Assembly: GCA_037189525.1 (NCBI GenBank)
Contig: JBBCJC010000001.1
Coordinates: 640,001-704,000 of the forward strand
Source: Gemmatimonadales bacterium
GTDB lineage: Bacteria > Gemmatimonadota > Gemmatimonadetes > Gemmatimonadales > GWC2-71-9
Reading direction: 5' to 3'
Length of the DNA stretch: 64,000 nt
Positions 8,501 through 17,042 of this stretch are shown here, in pieces. The notes under the pieces are model-generated. The model saw only the letters and a list, made by a program, of their open reading frames with translations. It was not told where the DNA came from and made no database searches. How positions within the stretch are numbered: position 1 is the first letter of the stretch; each line of letters opens with the position of its first letter. A program made the translations under genes and the position numbers.

Positions 8501-11310
8501 GGGGTAAACCGGCAGCTGGCCGGCGCCGATCCGGTCCGCAGCTGGCAGCGATCGACGGTATCCTGCACCCACTCGCCCACCAGCTCCGCATAGCCGTTGT
8601 TCTCGCGGCGCACCTGATGCCATTCGCGGCGGATCAAGACCCCGGTGACCGGTACATCGGCCACCCGGCGGCCGTCGGGACGCACCGCCAGCACTTCCAC
8701 CGTCTGCGGATCACCGGCCGGCCAGAAGTAACTGCCCGCCGGCTTGGCCGCGATGTAGAACGCCGTGGGATGCACCACCACGCCGGCTCCGCCATAGACC
8801 GTCTGGCGATTGACATCGGTGACGACCGCCTCGACGCTGACCCGCGCCGGCAAGGCGGGGTTGGCCAATTCGAGCGGCGCCGTGATGCGCAGCTGCCCGG
8901 CGGCATCGAGCGAGTCGGATCGGGACTCGCTCACCGACCGGGAGCTCCGCCCGCTCCACTCCTCCCACCACCAGCCGCGGGCGGCCACGTAGTACCCCTC
9001 GGTGCCGGGCACGGTCAGGTCCCACGGTTCGATGCTGCGCTGCCGCACACTCCAGGTCACCTTCGCGCGCGCCATCGGCGCGCCGAACAGATACCGCGCG
9101 CTGATCGTGGCGGGCAGCTGGTCGCCGTTCTGCCGGGCCGCCGTATCCGCCGTGACGTCGACCAGGAATTCCGGCGCGCGATACTCCGCGACCCGATACT
9201 CGGCGCGGGCCACCTCCTGCCACTGCCCTTCCCGGCGCAGACTCGCGGTCACTGCGTACTGACCGAGCGGCGCCGCGTCGGGAAGGCGCAGCGCCGGCGA
9301 CGCCGTCCCGAAGGCCGACGGGGCAACCACCTGTTCCAGTAAGGTGCCGCCATCGCGGTCTTCGAAGGCCAGGCGCACCGAATCCGACCGCTCGGGCACC
9401 TTGAGCGCACCAAGCGATCCGGTCCGCACGATGGCCTTGGCAAAGACGGAGTCGCCCGGACGATAGATTCCGCGCTCGGTGAACAGCGCGCCGGCCATCG
9501 GATAGCGCTCGCGGCCCCAGGCGCCCGAGACATTGAACTGCCACGGCGACAGGTCCGCATCGTACTGGTTGACGCCGACCAGCGCGCGGTCGTTGCCGAG
9601 CCGGGCTTCGACATACCCTTCGAAATCGTCGTACGAGTACTCGTCACGGCTGTCCGCACTGCTGTCCGCGACAGGAGCCGGCCGCCGCACCGACTCGAAT
9701 CGGAACAAGCCCGTCTGATCGGTGACTCCCTCGGCCAGCAGGTTCCGACGCCGGTCGCGGACCCGGATGGCCGCGCCGGCCCGCGGCTTCCCGTCGCTCA
9801 CCCCGGTAACCCAAACCGTCCCCTCCTCGCGGCCGATCTTGGCATGAATGCCCAGGTCGGTCACCTGGATCAGCGCGATGGGCTGGTACTCCTCGGCCGA
9901 GGTGCGTTCCCCCTCCCGACGAGGGCGAGGCAGACGCGGGCTCGAGATCTTGACGGCATAGAGAGTCGAGGTGCCCGCCACCCGCGCATCGGGAGCCGGG
10001 AACGCCACGCCGTAGACGCCGTGCCGATCCCGCACGCTGCGCACCGGCAGACGGCGCCGAGTCGCTCGCTTGGCAAGCGCGGTCCAGTCCTCGCCCCAGG
10101 CATACCATGACTGTGAAAGCAGCTTGGCTTCGAGCGACTCCGGCACCGCCGCCGCGATGACCTCGACCGTGTCGACGTTGACGTGGGTAATCGGCAGGGT
10201 GCGGAGCCCGTTCCGTTCGATGGTCAGCCGACCGTTCAGGTACGAGACGCTCGGTTCGAAACCGGTGGTCACCACGGTCTGCCGCGGATTGCCCTGGAGC
10301 TTCTGGCCGAACGCATCGGTCAGCGCGGGGTCCACCTGGATCAGGTAGCCGGTGCGCGGTTTGAGATCGGCCGACAGGATCCAGCGGTTTCGAACGTCGT
10401 TGGTGTCGCCCACGGTAAAGGTGACTTTGGGCAGGACCGTCACGTGCCGCAGCACGTCGGCGCCGCGAACCGGGGTGCTGAAGACCAGGCGGATCGGCCC
10501 CGCCGGACAGAACTCGCCGCCCGAACAGGCCGACTCGGCCAGGCGGAACGGACCGTAGGTCTGGAAGGGCCAGCGCCGGAACGCGCCGGGCGACTCGGCA
10601 TCGACGGCGGTAGGCGTGATCAGGGCCGCGCGGCAGGCCAGCGGGAGCGGAGCGGCGGGGGCCAGATCGACGATCCGGCGGAGCGAATCGGCCGACCGGT
10701 CGCGATCCCAGCCGCCGGCTTCCCGAATCTGCCACGGCGCGTCGTCCGGCACCGGCCGCTCGCCGGCCACCCGGAACCGGACGGTCCCGCTCCGGCTGCA
10801 TCCCTGGCCGAGTTCGATATATATGAGCCGGGTCACGGCCTCGGCCGGGGCGGCCGACGACAGGACCACCGAGAACCGGGTCTCAGGCGTCACGAACTCG
10901 GGCGAATCGCCGGCTCCGACGGGCGTTCCGGCCAGCACGGCAGGCCCGCTGACCCGGAACCCGAAGCGGAAAGGAGCGGCCAACCGACTGCCGTCAAGAG
11001 CCGTAAACTCTTGATTGACAGTGACTTGATAGCTAGAACCTGGTTCCAGGGGCCGGTCGGGCCGGAATCGGATGGTCACCGGGTCCCGCCATTCAACCGT
11101 GCCAGAAAGGGCGGGTACGATCGTCACCAGAGACCGCGCATCGACAGTCTGGTCGAGCGAGCCGGCTACCGGTCGATCGAAGGTGATGGTCACGACCGAG
11201 GTCGGTGAGGCTTCGGGACCCGGGGTGGTCCGAATTACCCTGAGGGCCGGAGGTTGGTCGGCCGCGACGGTGGCGGCAACGAGCAGGATCGCAGTTCGAA
11301 TCGTAGACAT
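5569..11310 (-). CDS. Bacterial alpha-2-macroglobulin
   Basis: 1913 aa; FTERGIYRPG, AVDEGVL, RSRFKTTAFF, LPDNLT, thioester motif YPYLCTEQ, EEMYNP; adjacent to pbpC. Confidence 0.93.
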   Translation of the reverse strand: MSTIRTAILLVAATVAADQPPALRVIRTTPGPEASPTSVVTITFDRPVAGSLDQTVDARSLVTIVPALSGTVEWRDPVTIRFRPDRPLEPGSSYQVTVNQEFTALDGSRLAAPFRFGFRVSGPAVLAGTPVGAGDSPEFVTPETRFSVVLSSAAPAEAVTRLIYIELGQGCSRSGTVRFRVAGERPVPDDAPWQIREAGGWDRDRSADSLRRIVDLAPAAPLPLACRAALITPTAVDAESPGAFRRWPFQTYGPFRLAESACSGGEFCPAGPIRLVFSTPVRGADVLRHVTVLPKVTFTVGDTNDVRNRWILSADLKPRTGYLIQVDPALTDAFGQKLQGNPRQTVVTTGFEPSVSYLNGRLTIERNGLRTLPITHVNVDTVEVIAAAVPESLEAKLLSQSWYAWGEDWTALAKRATRRRLPVRSVRDRHGVYGVAFPAPDARVAGTSTLYAVKISSPRLPRPRREGERTSAEEYQPIALIQVTDLGIHAKIGREEGTVWVTGVSDGKPRAGAAIRVRDRRRNLLAEGVTDQTGLFRFESVRRPAPVADSSADSRDEYSYDDFEGYVEARLGNDRALVGVNQYDADLSPWQFNVSGAWGRERYPMAGALFTERGIYRPGDSVFAKAIVRTGSLGALKVPERSDSVRLAFEDRDGGTLLEQVVAPSAFGTASPALRLPDAAPLGQYAVTASLRREGQWQEVARAEYRVAEYRAPEFLVDVTADTAARQNGDQLPATISARYLFGAPMARAKVTWSVRQRSIEPWDLTVPGTEGYYVAARGWWWEEWSGRSSRSVSESRSDSLDAAGQLRITAPLELANPALPARVSVEAVVTDVNRQTVYGGAGVVVHPTAFYIAAKPAGSYFWPAGDPQTVEVLAVRPDGRRVADVPVTGVLIRREWHQVRRENNGYAELVGEWVQDTVDRCQLRTGSAPASCRFTPKQAGSYIVAFAARDPGGRDVATSFYRWVTGPGWVPWADESQFKMDVVPDRSRYTVGDTATVLFASPFTDAEAWITVEREGVIEQRRIRIADGATTLRLPVTEAWAPNAFVSIVVARGRSAAPGPLDDPGRPTIRVGYAEVRVTPEPKRLGVALAADKQEYRPGDRAVFTASVTDAGRGARSEVTLWAVDEGVLSLTGFQTPDPIDLLYQPRGLGLRMGSNLTSVAPQVKQGDKGRNPGGGGGEGAADILRSRFKTTAFFLGSVLTSDDGVGTATVTLPDNLTTFRVMAVAVTAGDRFGSGQSPLLVTRPLLARPSLPRFVRPGDRFTAGVVVNHRVGGTPTVEVKADATGIRLSGRKQQRASLEAGRGREVRFDFLASEGDSAAFRFDVSGAGDRDAVRLAIPVRSASRPRTAVVAGLVQDTAQVTLDVSPDADPARSRVTLSLGSSPLALLRGVADDLRAYPYLCTEQMSAVALPLIALYRARVTAGAEAGDTVRLRSEARRALDLIVRRQRSDGAIGLWSATDWSSPWMTANAGEVLLEARAAGFVVPDTVIAAMVGYLTGALEREESMALTVGLRDTEVRASLTERVAIADFLSRAGKRNQPLENELIRRLGQLPPEDRMRFAVTLARAGDQRTARRIVEPFWALASVEGRTVSLPDSLQSRFYIRSAVRTPAYLLLSTLAVDASHPLVTPLLETVIGRGRRRDPEQWWNTQDHTMAVRAIDAWQRRFPAANRRPLEVRSGGRTVFATPGGQFAGDSTRSLRDLLRGRKPGPLPLEIAARGAGDPGFFYLTLTEIPKVMPVNPEDRGIRVERWYEDYRTGKPITTIAEGELVRVRLRVTVPSERSFVVLDDPLPAGLEAIDLSLRTVGGIGGPGQTEPADQAGQEGEVAAPRWSFGSWDSGWWSPFDHRELRDDRVVYAARLLWGGSYTASYLARATTPGTFIRPQAHAEEMYNPAVFGRSDGGTFTVTARTP

Positions 11311-11544
11311 GGGACCCTGGTCGGTCGGGACAGTGATAACCTACTGACACCATCCGCCCAAGTCATTACCGTGTCGCGGGTTGCCGGAAAAAGGCTTTCC
11401 GGAGCGGGGCTCTGGCGGGGACTATGCCGCTGGATCGAAAGTAGCTATACTATATTGTGGTACCGCAATCGCTTACGTCTCTTGGCGACCGATCTGGGAA
11501 GTCGGAGCGGACAGTCAACGAACATCTCTAAGGAGTGAGCACTG

Positions 11545-13104
11545 ATGCGCAGAATCCTCCTGTTGGCGGGAGCCCTGGCGACGTACGCCGTCCCGACACT
11601 GGCGCAGGAGAAGGGTACCGTCGAAATCGGCGGCTTTGGCCGCTTCACGAAGTACGACGGTAGCTTCAGCACCTCCAACAAGAGCGAGAACAGCTTCGGT
11701 GGAGGCGGCCGTCTCGGCTACTTCTTCTCACCCAAGTTCTCCCTCGAGTTGGATGGATCGTTCAACGCCACGGACCTCGAGAATTATTTCACGGGGCAGT
11801 TGAGCTCGCCGATCCGGTACTGGCCGTTCCATCTCCGCGGCCTCTTCCATGCGCCGTTAGGCGAAAAGGCTGCCTTCCTGATCGGACCGAGCGTCGGCGT
11901 GAATTACTACGGTGATTCGCCCAACGCGACGGTCAAGACGATCAGCGGCACCGACCTGAGCGTGGGCGGCCTGGCCGGCTTCCGCTTCAAGGTCAACAAC
12001 TGGTTGTCGCTCCGGCTCGACGGCACGGCGGATTACATGCCGAGCCCGGCCAACGCCAAGGACGAGATCATCGCCCTCGGACCGGTGGAAGCCGCGCCCA
12101 GCAGCAACCTGCACCTTGGTGCGCAGCTCGGTCTGTCGATCTTCCCGAACCCGCGCTGCACCAGCCGGCTCGATGCGATCGACCTGCTCCCGAACACCGC
12201 GAGCGTGCAGACCGGTCAGTCGGTCAACTTCAACGTCACGGGCCGTCTCTGCGACGGATCGTCGACCACGCCGCAGGTGACCTACGCGGTCTCGCCCGCC
12301 GGCACCATCGGTCCGAACGGCGTCTTCTCGTCGGCCAACCCCGGCACCTATCAGGTGATCGCGCGGACGCTGAACGGCAAGCTGGCCGACACCTCGACGG
12401 TCACGGTGACGGCTCCGCCGCCGCCCCCGCCGCCGCCGACGCTTTCGCGCGTCGAGATCAACCCGAAGACGTCGAACCTGAAGCCCGGCGAATCGGCGAC
12501 CTACACGGTCACCGGCTACTGGTCTGACGGCAACAGCCGTGCGATGCGCGCCGACGAGTGCTCGGTCTCTGCGCAGGGCAACCCGACGGCGTCGGGCTGG
12601 ACCTACAGCTGGAGCCGCAGCGGCGAGTATCAGGTCACCGCGACCTGCTCCGGTAGCTCCGATCGCGCCACGGCCAACGTGCGCGGCCTGAGCGTGACGC
12701 TGCGCGCCATGTTCGGCACCAACCGGTACAGCCAGGCGAGCCAGGTCGACCGGATGTCGCTCGATCAGGTGGCTGAGGCCCTCAAGGCCGACCAGAGCCT
12801 CCGGGTGTATATCGATGGTCACACCGACTGGCGGAACACTGTCCGCTACAACAACTGGCTCGGTCAGCGCCGCGCCGAGACGATCCAGCGCGAGCTGGTC
12901 CGTCGCGGAGTCGCGCGGAATCGCACCGTGGTCCGGTCGTTCGGCGAGTGCCGCCCGGTTGGGACCAACGAGACCGAAGACGGCATGGCCCAGAACCGTC
13001 GGGTCGAGGTTTCGCAGATCGAAACCGCCGAGCCCGAAGCAGCTGGTACCTGCGCTGAGACCGGCCCCGCCGGCGTGAGCCGGATCGGCCGCCCGGGCGA
13101 GTAA
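11545..13104 (+). CDS. OmpA-family protein: N-terminal beta-barrel, two Ig-like domains separated by a Pro linker, C-terminal peptidoglycan-binding domain
   Basis: AAGGAG RBS; signal peptide; IDGHTD..N..LGQRRA..NRRVE; poly-Pro linker. Confidence 0.88.
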   Translation: MRRILLLAGALATYAVPTLAQEKGTVEIGGFGRFTKYDGSFSTSNKSENSFGGGGRLGYFFSPKFSLELDGSFNATDLENYFTGQLSSPIRYWPFHLRGLFHAPLGEKAAFLIGPSVGVNYYGDSPNATVKTISGTDLSVGGLAGFRFKVNNWLSLRLDGTADYMPSPANAKDEIIALGPVEAAPSSNLHLGAQLGLSIFPNPRCTSRLDAIDLLPNTASVQTGQSVNFNVTGRLCDGSSTTPQVTYAVSPAGTIGPNGVFSSANPGTYQVIARTLNGKLADTSTVTVTAPPPPPPPPTLSRVEINPKTSNLKPGESATYTVTGYWSDGNSRAMRADECSVSAQGNPTASGWTYSWSRSGEYQVTATCSGSSDRATANVRGLSVTLRAMFGTNRYSQASQVDRMSLDQVAEALKADQSLRVYIDGHTDWRNTVRYNNWLGQRRAETIQRELVRRGVARNRTVVRSFGECRPVGTNETEDGMAQNRRVEVSQIETAEPEAAGTCAETGPAGVSRIGRPGE

Positions 13105-13124
13105 CCCGGAAGCTGGGTAGATCG

Positions 13125-13163
13125 AAAAAAGCGGGGCCGTCTCTGGACGGCCCCGCTTTTTTT
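13125..13163. terminator. Bidirectional intrinsic terminator
   Basis: A6-GCGGGGCCGTC-tctg-GACGGCCCCGC-T7 lying between convergent genes. Confidence 0.9.
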
Positions 13164-13214
13164 GTCTTCGCAGGCAGTTGGTGTTGGAGTGTTGAGCAAT
13201 CAGGTTTTGCGTAT

Positions 13215-13345
13215 GGGGGAGTGAGGAGGGCGCTGGGGGAACAGGCGCGTCGCGCGTGCGGCAGCCGGTGCCCGGTCTAAATGCCCGGACATACACGGCT
13301 GCCCTCAGCGCAGCATCCGTCCCCCGGCGCCCTCCTCACTCCCCC
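13215..13345. repeat. Long imperfect inverted repeat / rod-like hairpin (REP/MITE-like element or ncRNA)
   Basis: 26-nt arms at 13215-13240 and 13320-13345 with one mismatch (G-U compatible); inner stem GGCAGCCG/CGGCTGCC. Confidence 0.8.
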
Positions 13346-13404
13346 CGAACCTCAGCCTCGAATCACAACAGCGCTTTCCCCTGCCACTGAACACGAGACC
13401 GTAC

Positions 13405-14376
13405 CTACCGCGGAGGCGATTCCGGAACCGGGAACTCACCGGTCTCGAAGACGCCAGCCTCCACCTCGGGCGGCTGCGGCTTCTGGGGCCAGCGGATCAG
13501 CAGAACACCCAGCAAGCTGATAGCTGCGCCGGTCATCATCTTCGAGGTCACCACTTCTCCCGCCAGTGACCATCCCAGAAAGACGGCCACCAGCGGATTG
13601 ACGTACGCCGAGGTCCCGACCGCCTGGGGAGTGGTGACCGACAGCAGATAGGTGAAGGCCGTAAAGCCGACGATGCTGCCAAAGACGATCAGGTAGAAGT
13701 AGGCAATCCAGGAGACGGCGGTCACCTGGGACAGCGAAAAGTCCCGCAATTCACCAGAACCCCAGGCGACGAGCGCGAGCTGCGTCCCCCCGCCGATCAT
13801 CATCATCCCGGTCGCCATGCTCGGACTGGTCGGCAGCCGGCGCCGATGGGCCATCACCGACCCGCCACCCCAGCCGATTGCCGCGAGCACCAGCGCAGCC
13901 ACCCCCAGCAGCGGCACCGCTTCGGACGCAGACTCCCCGACGTTGGGCGAGGCCAGCAGCACCAGGCCGATCATCCCCATGACGACACCGGCGATCACCC
14001 GGCCGGGCGGTCGCCGCCAGCGATCGAGGGCGCTCTCCATGATGGCCACCCAGATCGGCGTGGTCGACGCCAGGAGCGCGGTCCGGCCCGAGGGCACGTA
14101 CTGCTGCGCCCAGACGACCAGACCGTTCCCCATGACGAAGAACAGGGTCCCCATCAGAAATGCGGTCGCCCAGATCCGGAGCGGAGGGTTCGATTCACCG
14201 CGGTACAGGGCCCAGAGGCACAACGCCCCGCCCGCCATGATGAAACGGCTCGAGGCCAGCACGAACGGCGGAATACTCTGGATCGCAAAGGTGATCCCGA
14301 GGTACGTCGACCCCCAAATGATGTAAATCGCGGCAAACGACCAGAACACGGCGCCACGGTGGAATTCTCTCGTCAC
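13405..14376 (-). CDS. EamA/DMT family transporter
   Basis: IYIIWGSTY, AYVNPLVAVFLG; about 10 TM helices. Confidence 0.9.
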   Translation of the reverse strand: MTREFHRGAVFWSFAAIYIIWGSTYLGITFAIQSIPPFVLASSRFIMAGGALCLWALYRGESNPPLRIWATAFLMGTLFFVMGNGLVVWAQQYVPSGRTALLASTTPIWVAIMESALDRWRRPPGRVIAGVVMGMIGLVLLASPNVGESASEAVPLLGVAALVLAAIGWGGGSVMAHRRRLPTSPSMATGMMMIGGGTQLALVAWGSGELRDFSLSQVTAVSWIAYFYLIVFGSIVGFTAFTYLLSVTTPQAVGTSAYVNPLVAVFLGWSLAGEVVTSKMMTGAAISLLGVLLIRWPQKPQPPEVEAGVFETGEFPVPESPPR

Positions 14377-15449
14377 GGGTTGGGCGCCGCCTGGGCTCCT
14401 TCCGAGTCGATGAGAACGATGGTGTGTTCGGCCGTAAAGCCGCTTTCGGAGCCGGCGGGAACGTATTCCTCGCGATACATCTTGACGATCGCAAAGAAAT
14501 ACGACAATGCGAGCGGCCCGATCAGGAGGCCCAGCAAGCCGAAGTAACCGATGCCGGCAATCGCGCCGACCAGGGTGATCATGGGATGGACCTGTGCAAA
14601 CCGATTGTAGACGATCGGCCGGAAGATATAGTCGATGATGGCCGTTCCGGTCAGGCTCCAGATCGCAAGAAACGCCGCGCCGCCGACTCGGCCCTCAAAA
14701 GCGAGCACCAGCACGCCCGGAATCCAGACCATACCGCTGCCGACCACGGGCAGCACCGCGAAGACGACCGTGACGACGCCCCAGAAAATTGCGTTCGACA
14801 GGCCGCTCATCGCAAAGCCGAGTGTGGTCAGAAGCCCCTGTAAGAGGGCGGTGAGTCCGGTCCCGATCACCGTCGAAATGGCAATTGCGGTAAACTGCTG
14901 CCGGAGCCGCTCGGTATTGCCGGGAGAAAACGGGATATAAGGACGGATCGTCGTCCAGACCCCCCCGGCATTGAGCAGCAGGTAATAGAGACCAAACAGG
15001 GCCAGCAGGATGTTGATCGAGAGCCGGGTCACGGTGCCCAGCAGCGACAACGCGTTCCCACCCAGCCAGGCCACCAGCGTCTGCCCCAGCCGCACCAACT
15101 CGGCGCCCACATCGAACGGACCGAGCTGGAGCTGGCTGATCCGGTCCAGCAGGGGGCCGGTCATCAAGGTGCCGGCAATGTTCTGGGCCTGACCGACGAT
15201 CAGGCTGAGCACCACGAAACCGGGAAGCAGCACACCGAGAATGGTCAGGATGACCACCAGCACGGCGGCAAACGACCGGTTCATCCAGCGGAACTGCGTC
15301 AGCCAGCGGTGGACCGGCCCCAGAACCACGTAGAGAACGGGAATCGACAGGAGTCCCGTCATGTACGGCGACAACGCCACGACGATCCCGACCAGCAACA
15401 GGACCAGAACGATTGCGGCCCGCTGGTGGCGGGAATCGAAAAATGCCAT
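14373..15449 (-). CDS. AI-2E family transporter
   Basis: Hydrophobic; DYIFRP, HP..TL.GAIAG..FG..GL.IGP. Start placed at MAFFDSR. Confidence 0.88.
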   Translation of the reverse strand: MAFFDSRHQRAAIVLVLLLVGIVVALSPYMTGLLSIPVLYVVLGPVHRWLTQFRWMNRSFAAVLVVILTILGVLLPGFVVLSLIVGQAQNIAGTLMTGPLLDRISQLQLGPFDVGAELVRLGQTLVAWLGGNALSLLGTVTRLSINILLALFGLYYLLLNAGGVWTTIRPYIPFSPGNTERLRQQFTAIAISTVIGTGLTALLQGLLTTLGFAMSGLSNAIFWGVVTVVFAVLPVVGSGMVWIPGVLVLAFEGRVGGAAFLAIWSLTGTAIIDYIFRPIVYNRFAQVHPMITLVGAIAGIGYFGLLGLLIGPLALSYFFAIVKMYREEYVPAGSESGFTAEHTIVLIDSEGAQAAPNP

Positions 15450-15542
15450 CCTCAAGTCTATGGGGCGGATGAGACGCTGGTCAACGGGGGGCGGGCGGAC
15501 GTATCCTTCCGGGACTTCCGGTGAAACGCGAGGAACCACGCC

Positions 15543-17042
15543 ATGGATACGGCCGGAGCTGCCGAGCTCGCTGCCATCCACGCGACGGAGCCGCTGCTGG
15601 TCTGCGATGCGGAGCAAGTGCGCTTCGTGAACCAGGCCTTCGCCAACCTGGTGGGCGTACCGACGCACGACGTGATCGGGCGCGGGATCGACCAGATCAT
15701 CACCATTCTGGCGGAGCCGATGGTCGTGGAGCGCCTCCGCAACGCGTTACGCCAGCGTCAATCGTTCCGCGGAGAAGCCAGCTGCCAAACGGCGGGCGGC
15801 GTCGAGGTGCCCATCGACCTGACCGTCGTACCGGTGGTCGGTGCGCATGACGACGACATCCTCTACGTCGGATCGGCCCGCGACCTCCGGCATCAGAAGC
15901 GGATGGAGCACCAGCTCTGGCAATCGCAGCGCCTCGACGCCGTTGCCGGCTTGGCCGATCGGATTGCCCACGAGATGAACGAATCGATCCAGGTGATCGG
16001 CGGCTATGCCAACCTGGCCCGCTCGGGGCTGGGCCACGGGGTTCTGTCGCGCGAGGAACTGGCCGACGTGCAAAACGCCTCGCAGCGCGCCAGCACGCTC
16101 CTTCGCGAGGTCCTCGAATTTGCCCGCGCCGGCGAATCCAGCCGCAGCGCCCTCAACCTCAACGCCGTCATCGCGGAGTGGGAGGAATTTCTCCGCGGTG
16201 TCGTCGGACGCCACATCCGGCTGATCGTCGACCTCGCTGCGGAGCTGCCGCCGATCCTCGCGGACCGAGGCGAACTCCGCCACATCCTGATCAACCTGGC
16301 GGCCAACGCCCGCGATGCAATCGGTGAAGCGGGGACCCTCACCATCTCGACCCATGCGGTGACCGGTGGCGACCCGCGGCTGGCCTTCGGCGACGTCGAC
16401 GAGCACATCGGCTCCTACGTGGTCCTCACGGTGACCGATACCGGCGCCGGAATGAGTCCGGAGACCAAAGCCAGCCTGTTTCAGCCCTTCTTCACCACCA
16501 AAGGTCCCGACCATCGCGGGCTCGGCCTGGTCACGGTACAGGAAATCGTCCGCGAGATCGGCGGCCTGCTCTGGGTGCGCAGCCACCCCGGACAGGGCAC
16601 CTCCGTCGAGATCCACTTCCCGGCCCTGCCGGGCCGCACGGAACCGATCGAACCGATGCCCGCATCGACGCAAGCTGGGCATGGGCATGAGACCATCCTG
16701 CTCGTCGATGACGACGCGGCCGTGCTCAAAGTGGCGCAGCGCGGGCTGGAGCGATACGGTTACCGGGTGTTGACCGCCGAAGGAGCTGCGCAAGCCACGG
16801 CGGTTGCCGCGGAACATGGGGGCGAAGTCGCCTTGCTGGTGACCGATATCATGATGCCGGGACAGCGCGGCACCGATCTGGCCCGCGAGCTGCTCGGCGA
16901 TTGGCCCCACCTCCGAGTCCTGTTTATTTCAGGGTATCCTGGAGAGGGAGCGCTGGACGAGCTTCGGAAGATGCCGTATCTGACCAAGCCGTTCACCTCC
17001 GAAGAGCTTGCCAACGCCGTGCGATCGGTTTGCGATGCCTGA
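15543..17042 (+). CDS. PAS-domain hybrid sensor histidine kinase / response regulator
   Basis: PAS domain, IAHEMN H-box, NLAANARDA, DTGAGM, PFFTTK, GLGL; receiver motifs LVDDD, DIMMP, KPF. Confidence 0.92.
   Translation: MDTAGAAELAAIHATEPLLVCDAEQVRFVNQAFANLVGVPTHDVIGRGIDQIITILAEPMVVERLRNALRQRQSFRGEASCQTAGGVEVPIDLTVVPVVGAHDDDILYVGSARDLRHQKRMEHQLWQSQRLDAVAGLADRIAHEMNESIQVIGGYANLARSGLGHGVLSREELADVQNASQRASTLLREVLEFARAGESSRSALNLNAVIAEWEEFLRGVVGRHIRLIVDLAAELPPILADRGELRHILINLAANARDAIGEAGTLTISTHAVTGGDPRLAFGDVDEHIGSYVVLTVTDTGAGMSPETKASLFQPFFTTKGPDHRGLGLVTVQEIVREIGGLLWVRSHPGQGTSVEIHFPALPGRTEPIEPMPASTQAGHGHETILLVDDDAAVLKVAQRGLERYGYRVLTAEGAAQATAVAAEHGGEVALLVTDIMMPGQRGTDLARELLGDWPHLRVLFISGYPGEGALDELRKMPYLTKPFTSEELANAVRSVCDA

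Noticed and set aside
13215..13345. SRP RNA, tRNA or CRISPR identity for the long hairpin
   Set aside because: Lacks the SRP GGAA-loop/AGCAG motif, a cloverleaf and repeat-spacer periodicity; identity left open.
14373..15668. Extended N-termini in the ORF track (also 63, 19974, 20786, 40015, 41789, 42030, 53550, 54682)
   Set aside because: The extensions overlap neighbouring genes or promoters; internal starts with RBS or stop/start overlaps fit better.
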